Below are positions 1 to 11,759 of a DNA stretch of 64,000 nt, piece by piece. Made by a program: the position numbers and the translations under genes. The DNA lies in assembly GCA_951406725.2 (NCBI GenBank), contig OX597819.1:62620001-62684000 (forward strand), written 5' to 3'. Under the pieces are notes generated by a model. It had not been told where the DNA came from, ran no database searches, and saw only the letters and a program-made list of their open reading frames with translations. This stretch comes from Octopus vulgaris (lineage: Eukaryota). Position 1 is the first letter of the stretch. The number at the start of each line of letters is the position of its first letter.

Positions 1-151
1 ATCATCGTCATCGTCGTCGTCGTCGTCGTCGTCAGTAGCAAAATTTATCTTATCTTTATTTTTTAATTGTTTCGCTAAACTTCGAAAACAATTATAATAA
101 TGTTTATAAAATTAAGAAGAAATTTTAATAAAAATAACACACAAAACAACG

Positions 152-202
<51 letters not shown>

Positions 203-359
203 ACGTACATATACAAACACAGATATTAACTTACACAAATAAAAACACAAACGTTTCTGACTTGTCTTCCGGCCACAAGTAGAATAAGTTAATTAATTAA
301 AGTCTGAAATATTTTTTATTTTCATACTGTATGAACTAACCTTTTTGGTACAATGTATA

Positions 360-393
360 TCTATAGGTATACAGAGGTTTATACATACATAAA

Positions 394-455
<62 letters not shown>

Positions 456-486
456 AATATATATATATATGTATGTGTGTATATAT

Positions 487-555
<69 letters not shown>

Positions 556-677
556 GTATAAATATATGTATATATATGTTTATATAGGTATATATATATA
601 TATATAATGTACATGTATATAATATATATGTATATAAATATATATATGAATAATATATATATATATAAATATATGTA

Positions 678-722
<45 letters not shown>

Positions 723-724
723 TA

Positions 725-768
<44 letters not shown>

Positions 769-935
769 TATAAGTATGTAAATGTGTGTATACATACATG
801 TAAAGGTATTTATATTTATATGTATATATATATATATATACATATGTAAACATATATATAGACATATATATATGTATACATATATATAAGTATATATATA
901 TATGTATACATATATACTCAAACACGGAAACACGC

Positions 936-983
<48 letters not shown>

Positions 984-1015
984 TAATAATATACACACAC
1001 ACACAAAACATATAT
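360..1015. repeat. (TA)n-dominated compound microsatellite
   Basis: Direct reading; produces the YI/IY artefact ORFs. Confidence 0.95.
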
Positions 1016-1146
1016 ATTTAGTTTGATTATTGTACGCCTATATAACTGTATATATAGTTTGATATTACGCCAAATATCTATCAATCTATCTATCTATCTA
1101 CTGATCAATCTATCTTTCTTTCTATCTCTGCCTGTATGTCTGTCTA

Positions 1147-1225
<79 letters not shown>

Positions 1226-1508
1226 TCACACACAAATACATATGTTGATGTTATTTATAATTTGAGTCAAATCGAATGTGTTTACACGTATCATAACATT
1301 GGCACTGAAATTCATATTTCAGTATCAACCTAAAATTAGCCTTTTTATATCACGTGAGTTAGTATTTTTCAACATACGCACAAACACGCATACATATATG
1401 CACACGCACATATACACTACACCATACGATTTTTATATGTTGTTTAGAAATGTAGAAATATATTCTCGTCTGTCTGTCTGTCTGTCTGTCTGTCTCCCTC
1501 ACATCCTT

Positions 1509-1588
<80 letters not shown>

Positions 1589-2169
1589 CATATAAACAAA
1601 TAGATACATACATAGATACATGCATAGATACATACATACATATATATATACTTACATACACATACACACACACATATATATATTACATATGTGTGTATAT
1701 ATATATACAGAGAGAAAGAGAGTGTGGTAGATAGATATACATAGATATACATATACATAAACAAATATACATATACATATATATACACACATCTCTCTCT
1801 GTATACATACATACACACACACATAAATATATGTATATATATGTATATATTCTATTGTGTGCGCCCCTTCCACACAATCTATATGGAAAAAAATTACGCT
1901 GATCTTCTAAATCTTAATATTTCTCTCTTTTTAGCCCAGATTTAGTAGTGGAAACGAACCTGACCAGAATAACGTAAGACAACGAATTCGCGTAATACAT
2001 TTAGCAATATCCGCTATATCAAAGATGGCTGTAATTTTTCCATCTTGGCTGTCTATACGCAGTTGTTTGTATATAATGTGTAGAATCTGAACCCACTGTT
2101 AACACGGTTATTTAAACCATAAGAAGCAACACGTCATCTAATATTTCAACATTAAATAAAAGAAAGGCT

Positions 2170-2975
2170 AACAAGAGACGTTCTAGCGATAATATGAAGA
2201 TGAAAATGTTAATTCTAGATGATTGAGTGGATGCTGTAAAAGTGCATAAACGGTGACAGTACAGCAAATAAGTTGGTGAGACTTGTTAATCTTAATGAAT
2301 GAAACAATGTTTCGAACAATTACAAGAAGTATTTATGACTATAAGGCAAACGTTGAAGCTGAATCAACTTTAGATGCACAAACAAGAAATGGAAGTTGTA
2401 TTATGATTGAAATAGGAGCGTCTTTCATCTTCGTGGATGGAAGATTGCGACTAAAAACGAATTCCCCGAAGGACATTGATTATTAAAAGGAAAGCTTTAA
2501 GCATTTTCTGTGTGATTAAGAAAAATTAATAAGAGAAAATGAGATCTTAGCTGCAACTAAAGAAACAGCTACTTCTGGCTGGGCTTACAAATTGAAAAAT
2601 AGAACAAGAAATGACAATGCTTTTGTAAGAGGTGAAGCTGTTAATGGAGACGATGTTTTAATGGGAAAATAGTCCAATGTTTTCTTAATTTGGATCAATA
2701 GTGAATACAGAGAAAAACTAACAACAAGGAGGTAGATGACAATGAGAAACATATAAAGGAAATCCCCGTAAAGGAATGTGATATGTTGTTTTGCGAATTT
2801 GAAAAGTCGAACCAATTAATAAATGATATCGACCTTTGCCCCAAACACAACGAGAAAACTGAGTGAAACCGAACAAAGAGTTTCTCTAATACACGTATAT
2901 AGAAGCAAGAATTTAGAACTATATAAATGCAAAGATGCTGTCCAGTTGACATTATTCAGATGTCTTACAAAGGTG
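2170..2975 (+). mobile_element. Degenerate, internally deleted Tigger/pogo transposase relic
   Basis: Frameshifted translation gives IEMERLSSSWMEDCD*KRIPRRTLIIKRKALSIF, then TSGWAYKLKNR..VRGEAVNGD (CENP-B-type HTH of Tigger/pogo), then jumps to an acidic C-terminus ending ELYKCKDAVQLTLFRCLTK. No DDE core is seen. Confidence 0.75.
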
Positions 2976-3883
2976 TATGTATAGAAGAAGAAATGAAATC
3001 GTTCCCTCTTTCTGCGATATTCTTTTTATTGGTTTCAAAGAAAGGGTATGACCATGCTGGGGCATATAATTTCTAAGAAATTGTTCGACAGTAAACATAT
3101 TTTCATGCTCTATTATTGTTTTTTAAAAAAAAATCTGACTTTCACATCGGTTAGCTTACGACTTCCTGTCGAGCAACTATTGGTTTCTTAGGGCAAGCAA
3201 TGTAGAGTATTATTATTGTTCAGCACAGTTTCTGATTCAGTTGGGATAAACTGAATGCTTAATATTTATTAACAATAAACTTTCTTGAGTTGAAACCAAA
3301 TACACAAACACGCATAGAGTAACAAACACACATACACACAAACACACAGACACACACGCGCACACAGACACAGACACAGACACACAGACACACACACATA
3401 CACACACACACACATACACATTTCTATACTTTTATTCAGCCGTTCAAGGAGAGTCACAAACTATACTCTAAGGAAGATATGTTTATTATTTTTCTCATTT
3501 TTCGGGTTTTGTGCCAAGAGAAGAAAAAAAAAAAGATTATTTTTCTCATTTGTTCTCAATAAGTTTCCCCATTTTTGACGCGTATCCACTGTGCAACAGT
3601 TAATCCAAACACGGTTTACTTTCTCTCTCTCTCTCCCCTTTTCCCCCTTTCTCCGTTAAATGTTCCCCTTCATTCCTCATTCCTTTCTGCAGAGAAGTAT
3701 TTGCTTCAAACGTCAAAGACCCTTCTAATTTTTCTGGATGCACCCTATTTGTCTCTTTGCTGTTACCTCACTTGTCACTCTTCTGATTATTTTTGATTTT
3801 GTACAATTTTGTCCCCCCCCCCCCACAAATACACAGACACCTACACACACACACACACACACACACATACACACAGACACATG

Positions 3884-3915
<32 letters not shown>

Positions 3916-4575
3916 CACACACTCACACACACGCACACACACACACATTCATCTTTGGCGACTCAGGCACTCGGGCTGTTCGGGCTTAGCCTGAGTCTAA
4001 GTTTAATTTAAATGGTCGTGTATTTGCAAGCTGATTTAATTTCTACCAACACTTACTTCAAGTATGTAATTGCAGCCAATAACTCGGGCCCCTTTCATTG
4101 AGCCTAGCCGCAGTTCATTATTTTCAGTCAGCCTGGTGGTCGTCTTTGAGGTGTCCTGTATCGAAAAATATCATTCGTAGCGGACGTTTTCTCGATATTG
4201 TTCACATGCGCCTGACTGGGGCTCGGAAGTTACAGCCCGAGTTATCTACAATCATAAAAATTACAATATTCTTAAACAAACGAAAAATTATCCAGGTTCT
4301 CAGAGGTGAGAATATACTGCATTTTGTGGCATTATTTAAAGCTAGCCGGCTTTTTTCGCGCAAGCTGCACGAACATTTTTCTCGCGTACACGTAGCATCG
4401 ATCGCAAGAGCTGATGTACTTGCGCATACAAATGCACGTTCACACGGCTTTATCGATCGCATTCTCACCTGGAATCGATTTTTGTAATTTTTCAAGACTT
4501 ATACACGCCCTGATATACGCATTATATATACATGTCTACACACACACACACAACACACACACACGCACACGCACA

Positions 4576-4618
<43 letters not shown>

Positions 4619-4657
4619 TTATATATATATATATAAATATGTACACATTATATATAT

Positions 4658-4698
<41 letters not shown>

Positions 4699-4724
4699 TA
4701 CACATTATATATATGTTTATATGC

Positions 4725-5217
4725 ACACCCACACACACATATATAATTTAACACAATATAACTGATTAATAATATCTGTTATGATTGTGCGGTGGTGGTG
4801 GGCGATGATAATTCACCGTTCTAAGAGACCTGCGGCGGGAATATTTAAACTTTTGCGGCTGTCAACGCTTTCTTTCTATAGATACAGAAAGACAGAGGTG
4901 GTGAGGGAAAGAGTGACAGAGAGACGGCGAAGCTGTCAAACGTCGTTACAGAGAGAAAGTGGAGGGAAAGAAGGAAAGAGAGAGGTGGAGGAAGACAGGG
5001 TGATATGCGAAAGGGAGAAACGACAGACACTTGCAAAGTGTGGGTTTTGTTGCCCTAGTAACCACAGCGTTTGAGATAGGGGTTTCTAACCTAGTCCACT
5101 CACTTCCTCGCCTCTTTTTACATGTCCCTGTAAATTTTGGAGCCAATCCGACCCCATCTTGTGCCCCTTAACCCGTTCCAATCCCCAAACCAGACAAACA
5201 AACTTTTCGTATTTCAG

Positions 5218-5225
<8 letters not shown>
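4725..5225 (-). mobile_element. 5' part of a non-autonomous Helitron-like element (same family as 53059-54694)
   Basis: Reverse complement aligns with ~53065-53580 (CTGAAATRCGAAAA..GTTTGTCTGG, CTCCAAAATTTACAGGGACATGTAAAA, GAATTATCATCGCC..CACAATCAT). No 3' hairpin/CTAG found. Confidence 0.7.
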
Positions 5226-5270
<45 letters not shown>

Positions 5271-5280
5271 CATACATACT

Positions 5281-5585
5281 GTATGCGAAAATTGTAGACC
5301 CTCTATTCTAGATGGACGACAAAAAACTATTTAGAAGAGACAATATTCGGTCGGAGAAACTAGTGAAGTTGTTCATGAATTTATCCAGGTTAAAATTGTG
5401 AGATAATAAAGGTTAGAAAATTTGTCGAAGAATTCTAAGGAAAGGCAAAACAATTAAAATGAGATTATTAAATAAGATCCAATCTCTGAGGTGAAATTAT
5501 TAAAGAAGACAGATCCATTTAAATACTTGGAACCAGGTGAAGCGGATAATATATAGCAAGCAGAAATGAAAGAGAAACAAAAAGA
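5281..5585 (+). mobile_element. R4/Dong-type non-LTR RT fragment (degenerate)
   Basis: YAKIVDPLF*MDDKKLF (YMDDLK motif) and DPFKYLEPGEADNI*QAEMKEK; similar to the 8690-8860 and 48870-49157 fragments. Confidence 0.75.
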
Positions 5586-5647
5586 CTCCAATATAATAAA
5601 TGGTGTAATCAGGAAATGTCCAAGCTATTACGTAAGAGGCTGAAGGA

Positions 5648-6044
5648 TATTCCTTTCTACTCTAGGGATAAGGCCCCGAAATTTTTGGGGAGGGGACCAG
5701 TCGATTAGATGGACACCAGTACGCAAGTAGTACATAATTTATCGATCCCGAAAGGACGAAAGGCAAAATCGACCTCGGCAGAATTTGAACTTAGAATGTA
5801 GAGACAGACGGAATATCTATTTCTATTTCTTCACTACCCACGAGGGGCTAAACACAGACAGGACAAACAAGGACAGACAAACGGATTAAGTCGATTATAT
5901 CGACCCCAGTGCGTAACTGGTACTTAATTTATCGACCCCGAAAGGATGAAAGGCACAGTCAACCTCGGCGGCATTTGAACTCAGAACGTAGCGACGGGCG
6001 AAACATCGCCAAGCATTTCGCCCGGCGAGCTAACGTTTCTGCCA
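5648..6044 (-). mobile_element. tRNA-derived SINE family B, body duplicated (dimer)
   Basis: Reverse complement TGGCAGAAACGTTAGC..GAGTTCAAA..GCCTTTCATCCTTTCGGGGTCGATAAATTAAGTACCAG (resembles the Nin-type central domain); body present twice. Confidence 0.85.
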
Positions 6045-6065
6045 TCACGATGTATGTATTGTATA

Positions 6066-6440
6066 GAGGCCCAATGACCCAGTAGTTAGGGTAGAGCTCT
6101 CGCGGTTATAGGATCACGATTTCGATTCCCAGACCTGGCCTTGTAAATATTTATTGCGCGAAAATACTGTTAGCTCCACGATGCTCCGGTAGGGTGAGGG
6201 TGAAACCTGCTGTACTCTTTCACCACAACTTTCTATCTCTCTCTTCCTGTCTCTGTTGTACCTGTATTTCAAAGGGCCAGTCTTGTCACACTGTGTGTCA
6301 CGCTGAATCTCTCCGAGAACTACATTAAGTGTACATGTGTCTGTGGAGTGCTCAGCTACATGTACGTTAATTTCACGAGCAGGCTACTCTGTTGATTGGA
6401 TCAACTGGAACCCTCGTCGTCGTAACAGACGGAGTACCGA
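6066..6440 (+). mobile_element. tRNA-derived SINE family C
   Basis: Degenerate A/B boxes (TGACCCAGTAGTTAG, TTCGATTCC); body and tail match the reverse complement of 31337-31650 and 31788-32075. Confidence 0.8.
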
Positions 6441-6535
6441 AGTATAGTAGCATGAGTGCATTGTGGGTGTGACTGTGTGTATCTGCGTATGTGTGTGTGT
6501 GTGTGCGTGCGTGTGTGTGAGAGAGAGAGTGTGTA

Positions 6536-6604
<69 letters not shown>

Positions 6605-6648
6605 AGAGAGAGAGAGAAACAGATGGAGAGAGTGAGAAAGAGAGGTAG

Positions 6649-6725
<77 letters not shown>

Positions 6726-7102
6726 GAGAGATGGAGAGAGTGAGAGAGATAGATAAATAGAAAGCGAGAAGGAGAGGAACACAGGAGTTTTACCCTATTT
6801 TTCACTTTGAGTCGAAATAAATTTTTATCAAATGTTCGCTATCTAACAAAAATTATAACAACTAAGCAAATGGCGTTCCTAAATACATTAGAAACCTTAT
6901 AGTATAATCTGATCATTATTTCAGAAAATTATTGGCGTTCATTTTGAGCATATAAAAGACAAATTTGGTTAGGGCCAAATGAGTAAGCCAAGATATGGTA
7001 AATCTACCGCTGAAATTCCCCAGAAAACAAACTCATATGCATCAATATAATTTTACTAGACATCAGAAAGATCAGAAATAAAAGAACAATTTTAAATATC
7101 TA

Positions 7103-7315
7103 TGCCCACGGGCATATGGCGTAGTGGTTAAGAGTACGGGCTACTAACCCCCAAGATTCTGAGTTCGATTCCAGGCAGTGACCTGAATAATGATAATAAC
7201 ATCGAAAAGTACTTTGGGAATGAGAACCCAGGTTCGAAATTTCCCCAAGACACCTGATAAAAGCTGGAGGGTATATCAGCCAAAATGTTGTGTTAACAAT
7301 GAAGAAGACGAGGAC
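7103..7315 (+). mobile_element. tRNA-head/hammerhead Penelope pLTR-like module, 3'-truncated copy with decayed core
   Basis: TGCCCACGGGCATATGGCGTAGTGGTTAAG..GTTCGATTCC..CCTGATAAAAGCTGG..CAGCCAAAATGTTG; matches 10011-10343. Confidence 0.85.
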
Positions 7316-7720
7316 GTAGTAAGTAGCTTGCTTATCAACCACATGGTTCCGTGTTCAGTCCCACTGCGTGGCACCTTGGGCAAGTATCTTCTACTATAAC
7401 CTCGGGCCGACAAAAAGTTTGTGAGTGGATTACGTCGACGGAAACTGAAAGAAGCCCGTCGTATATATATATATATATATATATATATGTAGGTATGTGT
7501 ATATGTTTGGGTGTTTGTGTTTGTCCCCCCACCAAATCACTTGACAGCCGATGCTGGCGTGTTTACGTCCCCATAACTTAGCGGTTTGGCAAAAAAGAAC
7601 GATACAATAAGTACTAGGCTTACAAAGAATAAGTGCTGGGGTCGATTTACTCGACTAAAGGTAGTGCTCCAGCATGGCCACAGTCAAATGACTGAAACAA
7701 GTAAAAGAGTAAAAGAGAAT
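7316..7720 (+). mobile_element. tRNA-derived SINE family A (internal (TA)n, CR1-like tail)
   Basis: GTAAGTAGCTTGCTTA..GTTCAGTCCCACTGCGTGGCACCTTGGGCAAGT..CAGCATGGCCACAGTCAAATGACTGAAAC; many copies in this window. Confidence 0.88.
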
Positions 7721-8227
7721 GCCAATAATTTAAATATTATAGGTCAAACGAAAGGGCGTTATGGAAAAATGACACATGATATGAAATTAACGAAACTATA
7801 TTAAAAACAAAAGATTCCACATAGAATATTCTCTGTAGCTTCTTCATAATCTTCTGGAGTGTCTCCCTTCGTGATATATTTACGGTACACGTGATATATT
7901 TACGGTACGCAGTTTAAGATAAGGAATTATTGAAATTAGTAATTTTTACCCCATTTTACCCTATTTTTAGACGTCATCTTTTTGAAACTTGAAAATTATC
8001 AAATTAGACATTAGATTGAAGAAAAACTGACTTGGAATCCAACAGAGAGAAGAATATTGATTGTCGAACGCCAAAAATTATCCAGATATTTTATTAGTTG
8101 TCTTAATTACAATTAGGTTAAAATTTAGTATAAATTTCTTGATAAGTAACTATCACTTGACTGTGTTTCGAACTCTCTCAACTTCAACAACAACTATGCT
8201 GACCAATTTTTACGTCTAAATATAATG

Positions 8228-8537
8228 ATTTTTTTTGTTTGTTCCTTCTCGAGCCGCGTCGGGCTCATAAGGGCCGGTTTCCCGGTTTCCTTGGCGTATA
8301 GGTTCCCCACCTGGATAGCATGCCGGTCCGTCACAGGTGAGCTGCAAGATGCAGGGGGAAAGAGTTAGAGAAAGTTGTGGCGAAAGAGTCAGCAAAAGTT
8401 CGCCATTACCTTCTGTCAGAGCCGCGTTGAGCTTAGGTGTTTCGCTCATAAACACACACATTGCCCGGTCTGAGATTCGAACCCGCGATCCCTCGACCGC
8501 GAGTCCAATGCTCTAACCACTAGGCTATGTACCGCCA
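8228..8537 (-). mobile_element. tRNA-derived SINE family D with TSD
   Basis: Minus-strand TAGCCTAGTGGTTAGAGC..GGTTCGAATC; direct repeat CTAAATATAATG at 8216-8227 and 8538-8549. Confidence 0.85.
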
Positions 8538-8689
8538 CTAAATATAATGTAGCAATGCAAAATGATGATGATGCGGTACTTGGAACATAATGGCTTCAAA
8601 CAAGCTGAAAGAAAATAACAAGAAATCAAAATTTACTAATTTTACCCCACTTACAAATTTCCCCACTATCCCCATGTATTGTATATATA

Positions 8690-9500
8690 TTCGGTTTTAA
8701 TTGTTTTGTCTTTTGTTAGAGCTTCTTCCACAGATTTGTCTAATACCCTAATTAAATTTTTATCCCGGATAAATTCACGAACAACTTCAATAATTTCTCA
8801 CTTCTAAATTGTTTTAAGTCATCCATATAGAAAATAAAGTCAACAATTTTTCCATAGCACTATAACATGTATATCCATTGGTGGTTTAATTCAGTAAATT
8901 TGATTATGGAAAAGTATATAAGATTTAAAGGCCGTCGTCAATGATTGTTATTCTTATGGGCATAGAAGTGCTTTAATCGTATCATTCATTTTGATATGGT
9001 ATCATTGATGTAACTTATTAAGCACTCCTCTATCTGTATGTTGTGTCACCAACACCCAAGAGAGTGATATGTTATCAAATGCTTTTCGGTAGTCAATTGA
9101 CGTCAAGTTATTTTCTCATTTTGTTGTCTTCAATAGCTCTCTGATTCAATATTAGCTGCTCTTTACAGCCACTCTTGTATCCCTTTCGGGCATCGGTTCT
9201 GCGTCTCTGGCAAGACATTACTGTCAGGAGGTCAACCAACTGCTGTTTGAGTACAGATGTAAGGGCTTCATACTTAGCTTGATGGCAAACAGGTTACAGG
9301 CCGATGGTTTTGATGTCACTAGGGTTTCGTCCTTTGTTTTGAGGAATCAACATTATATCCATCCTTTTACCAATTCAACTGTTAATTCCAGATTTGTTTA
9401 CTAATTCATTGAATGGTGCTGCCACTGACTCATGAATAACAGCTTCAAGTGAGAGATATTGCCAATCCTTGTTGAACTTGCATTTTCATGCGGCTTTTAA
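8690..9500 (-). mobile_element. R4/Dong-type non-LTR RT fragment
   Basis: Minus strand RPVTCLPS.., SGCKEQLILNQRAIEDN, SIDYRKAFDN and YGKIVDFIFYMDDLK, with frameshifts and deletions. Confidence 0.8.
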
Positions 9501-9827
9501 CGTATTATTGAATTCCTTGTTGTAAAAGCGCGTGGCCGAGTGGTAAAAAAATTGCATTCGTGATCGTAAGATTGTGGTTTCGATTCCAGGACCGGGAGAT
9601 GCGTTGTATTACTGAGCAAAACCCTAAATTTCGCTTTGCTCTAATTCACTGAGCTGTACACGAGTTCCAGCAAATGTCTAGAAAGTTAATCCTGCGACGG
9701 ACAGATATCCCGCTTAGGGGAGGGAGTGTTCTAATCTCAATCATTTGAAAACATCATGGAAACTTTTTTTTGCATTATTTACATTATTTACATTTGACGG
9801 ATGTTTGTCCTCATCTTGTTTGTTATT

Positions 9828-9873
9828 AACACAACGTTTCGGCTGATATACCCTCCAGCCTTCTTCAGGTGTC
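9828..9873 (-). ncRNA. Minimal type-I hammerhead ribozyme motif
   Basis: GACAC-CTGAAGA-A-GGCTG(10-nt loop)CAGCC-GAAA-CG-TT-GTGTT: conserved core, stem I, stem II and loopless palindromic stem III. Confidence 0.8.
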
Positions 9874-9925
9874 TTGGGGAAATTTCGAACTTTGGTTCTC
9901 ATTCCTAAGGTATTTTTCGATGTTG

Positions 9926-9993
<68 letters not shown>

Positions 9994-10113
9994 GTTATTG
10001 TTCAGGTCTCTGCCCACGGGCATATGGCGTAGTGGTTAAGAGCGCGGACTACTAACCCCAAGATTCCGAGTTCGATTCCAAGCAGTTACCTGAACAATAA
10101 CAACAATAACAAC

Positions 10114-10154
<41 letters not shown>

Positions 10155-10206
10155 TAACATCGAAAAATACCTTAGGAATAAGAGCCCAAGTTCGAAATTT
10201 CCCCAA

Positions 10207-10252
10207 GATACCTGAAGAAAGCTGGAGGGTACATCAGCTGAAACGTTGTGTT
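10207..10252 (+). ncRNA. Minimal type-I hammerhead ribozyme motif
   Basis: GATAC-CTGAAGA-A-AGCTG(loop)CAGCT-GAAA-CG-TT-GTGTT. Confidence 0.78.
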
Positions 10253-11044
10253 AACAACAAACAAGATGAGGATAAATATCCGTCAAATGTAAATAATGTA
10301 AATAAGGTACATAATTCCTCATCTCTTAAATATAGAACTGTACCATGGAAACTGGTTTAAGATGAGAACTTACGAGACCTAATATTCATGACTTGTGAAT
10401 GAAAATAAACACGACCCGCTATATTTGACAATTCTTTGTCAAATATGGCGGGTCTTGTTTGTAATATTATTGCGTTTTTCATTGTCCTTTTCCCTTCAAA
10501 TCCACTGTACTTTCTGAATGTGCTGGATATTTTTGTTCAGTATTTTCTATCATAATTCTGGAATTACCGTCGCTATTTTATAACAACTCCTGTAAAATTA
10601 TAAAGTTATGTAATTAAGTTACCTTGTTTTCCCGAAGCCTCGAAACCTGCATGATTTTATGTTGATATGATTAGCTTAAGCCTATCTGTAACTTTCAAAC
10701 TATCTTCTATCTTATTAGTAAAATGTTTTGATGCATTTTTTTTTACCATTTTCGTTGTGATGTGCGTTAACTTGAGTTAGTTCAGTAAGGCTTCTCATTC
10801 AATTTTAAGTTGATTATTTTCTTTCTGTATTTTTTTCTTATTTGGTCTGGTTGATCATACTCTGAATCTATCAAAATCGAATCCGATTTCTTTCAATACT
10901 TTTACACTTACTGAATAAATTACACAATTCAGTCTGTTGCTATTTGGTTAGATTGTCTCTCTGAACACAACGATTTCTCACACACATATGTACATTCTTC
11001 CTTGGAATTGTTTTCCTATATGTGACTTAGGCATGAATTTCTTT

Positions 11045-11289
11045 CAGTTCTATATTTACGGGCATATGGCGTAGTGGTTAAGAGCGCGGGCTACTAACAC
11101 CAAGATTCCGAGTTCGATTCCAAGGAGTGACCTTAACAATAATAATAATAACATCGAAAAATACCTTCGGAATAAGAACTCAGGTTCGAAATTTCCCCAA
11201 GACACCTGAAGAATGCTGGAGGGTATATCAGTCGAAACGTTGTGTTAACAACAAACAAGCTGAGGACAAATATCCGTTGAATGTAAATG
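11045..11289 (+). mobile_element. tRNA/hammerhead pLTR-like module with 14-nt inverted tail at its 5' end
   Basis: CAGTTCTATATTTA (inverted tail, 11045-11058) precedes the head; hammerhead ~11201-11246; TSD ATGAATTTCTTT at 11033-11044 and 11290-11301. Confidence 0.88.
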
Positions 11290-11322
11290 ATGAATTTCTT
11301 TGTTTTATGTTTTTTCGATTGT

Positions 11323-11590
11323 GAAGGCGCGTGGTTTACTGGCGAAGGTATTGCATTAAGTTCGCACTCATGATCGCAAGATTATAGTTTCGATTCGTGG
11401 ACTGGGCGATGCGCGTTGTTCTAGAACAAATCACTTCATTTCTCGTTAATCCAATTCACTTAGCTGGCAAAAATGAGTATACCTGAGATGGAACTGTGTT
11501 CCGTCCAGAGCGGCGACGGAGGAGGATATTTACGTCACAGAATCCGTGAAGCTAGCCTCATGAGCCTCTGGTTCGGGAAGGACTTTTTAC
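11323..11590 (+). mobile_element. Degenerate tRNA-SINE with V-domain-like core
   Basis: GAAGGCGCGTGG head, GTTTCGATTC, CCTGAGATGGAACTG..CGTCCAG; tail similar to family D. Confidence 0.6.
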
Positions 11591-11759
11591 TTCTTTTTTT
11601 GCTTTTTGAAGCTTTCTGATTATTAATGCCCCTTTCTATTTTTTTTTTATAGTTTATGTTAGGTTCTACGTTAACACTGGTTGATCTGCAATTTTATCAG
11701 ACAAACGTGGCTTCAGGAGTACATATATTGTACCTGTATATTTAATAAAAATAGTAAAC

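Larger units (their letters stand above)
9765..10343. mobile_element. Inverted (head-to-head) pair of the tRNA/hammerhead pLTR-like module, single insertion
   Basis: Minus headless copy ~9772-10014 plus full plus-strand copy 10011-10340; TSD CATGGAAACT at 9755-9764 and 10344-10353. Confidence 0.9.
9525..10380 (+). mobile_element. Degenerate tRNA-SINE with V-domain-like CCTGCGACGGAC core, split by the insertion at 9765-10343
   Basis: GCGTGGCCGAGTGGT..GTTTCGATTCC head; homologous to 11323-11590; tail resumes after the TSD at 10344. Confidence 0.65.

Noticed and set aside
4098-4487. 129-aa ORF as a gene
   Set aside because: No recognisable domain, non-ATG start, and overlap with inverted repeats.
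10018-10090. tRNA gene (anticodon-like ACT)
   Set aside because: Acceptor and T stems pair poorly, and the sequence is always the head of a multicopy element, so it is tRNA-derived rather than a tRNA gene.
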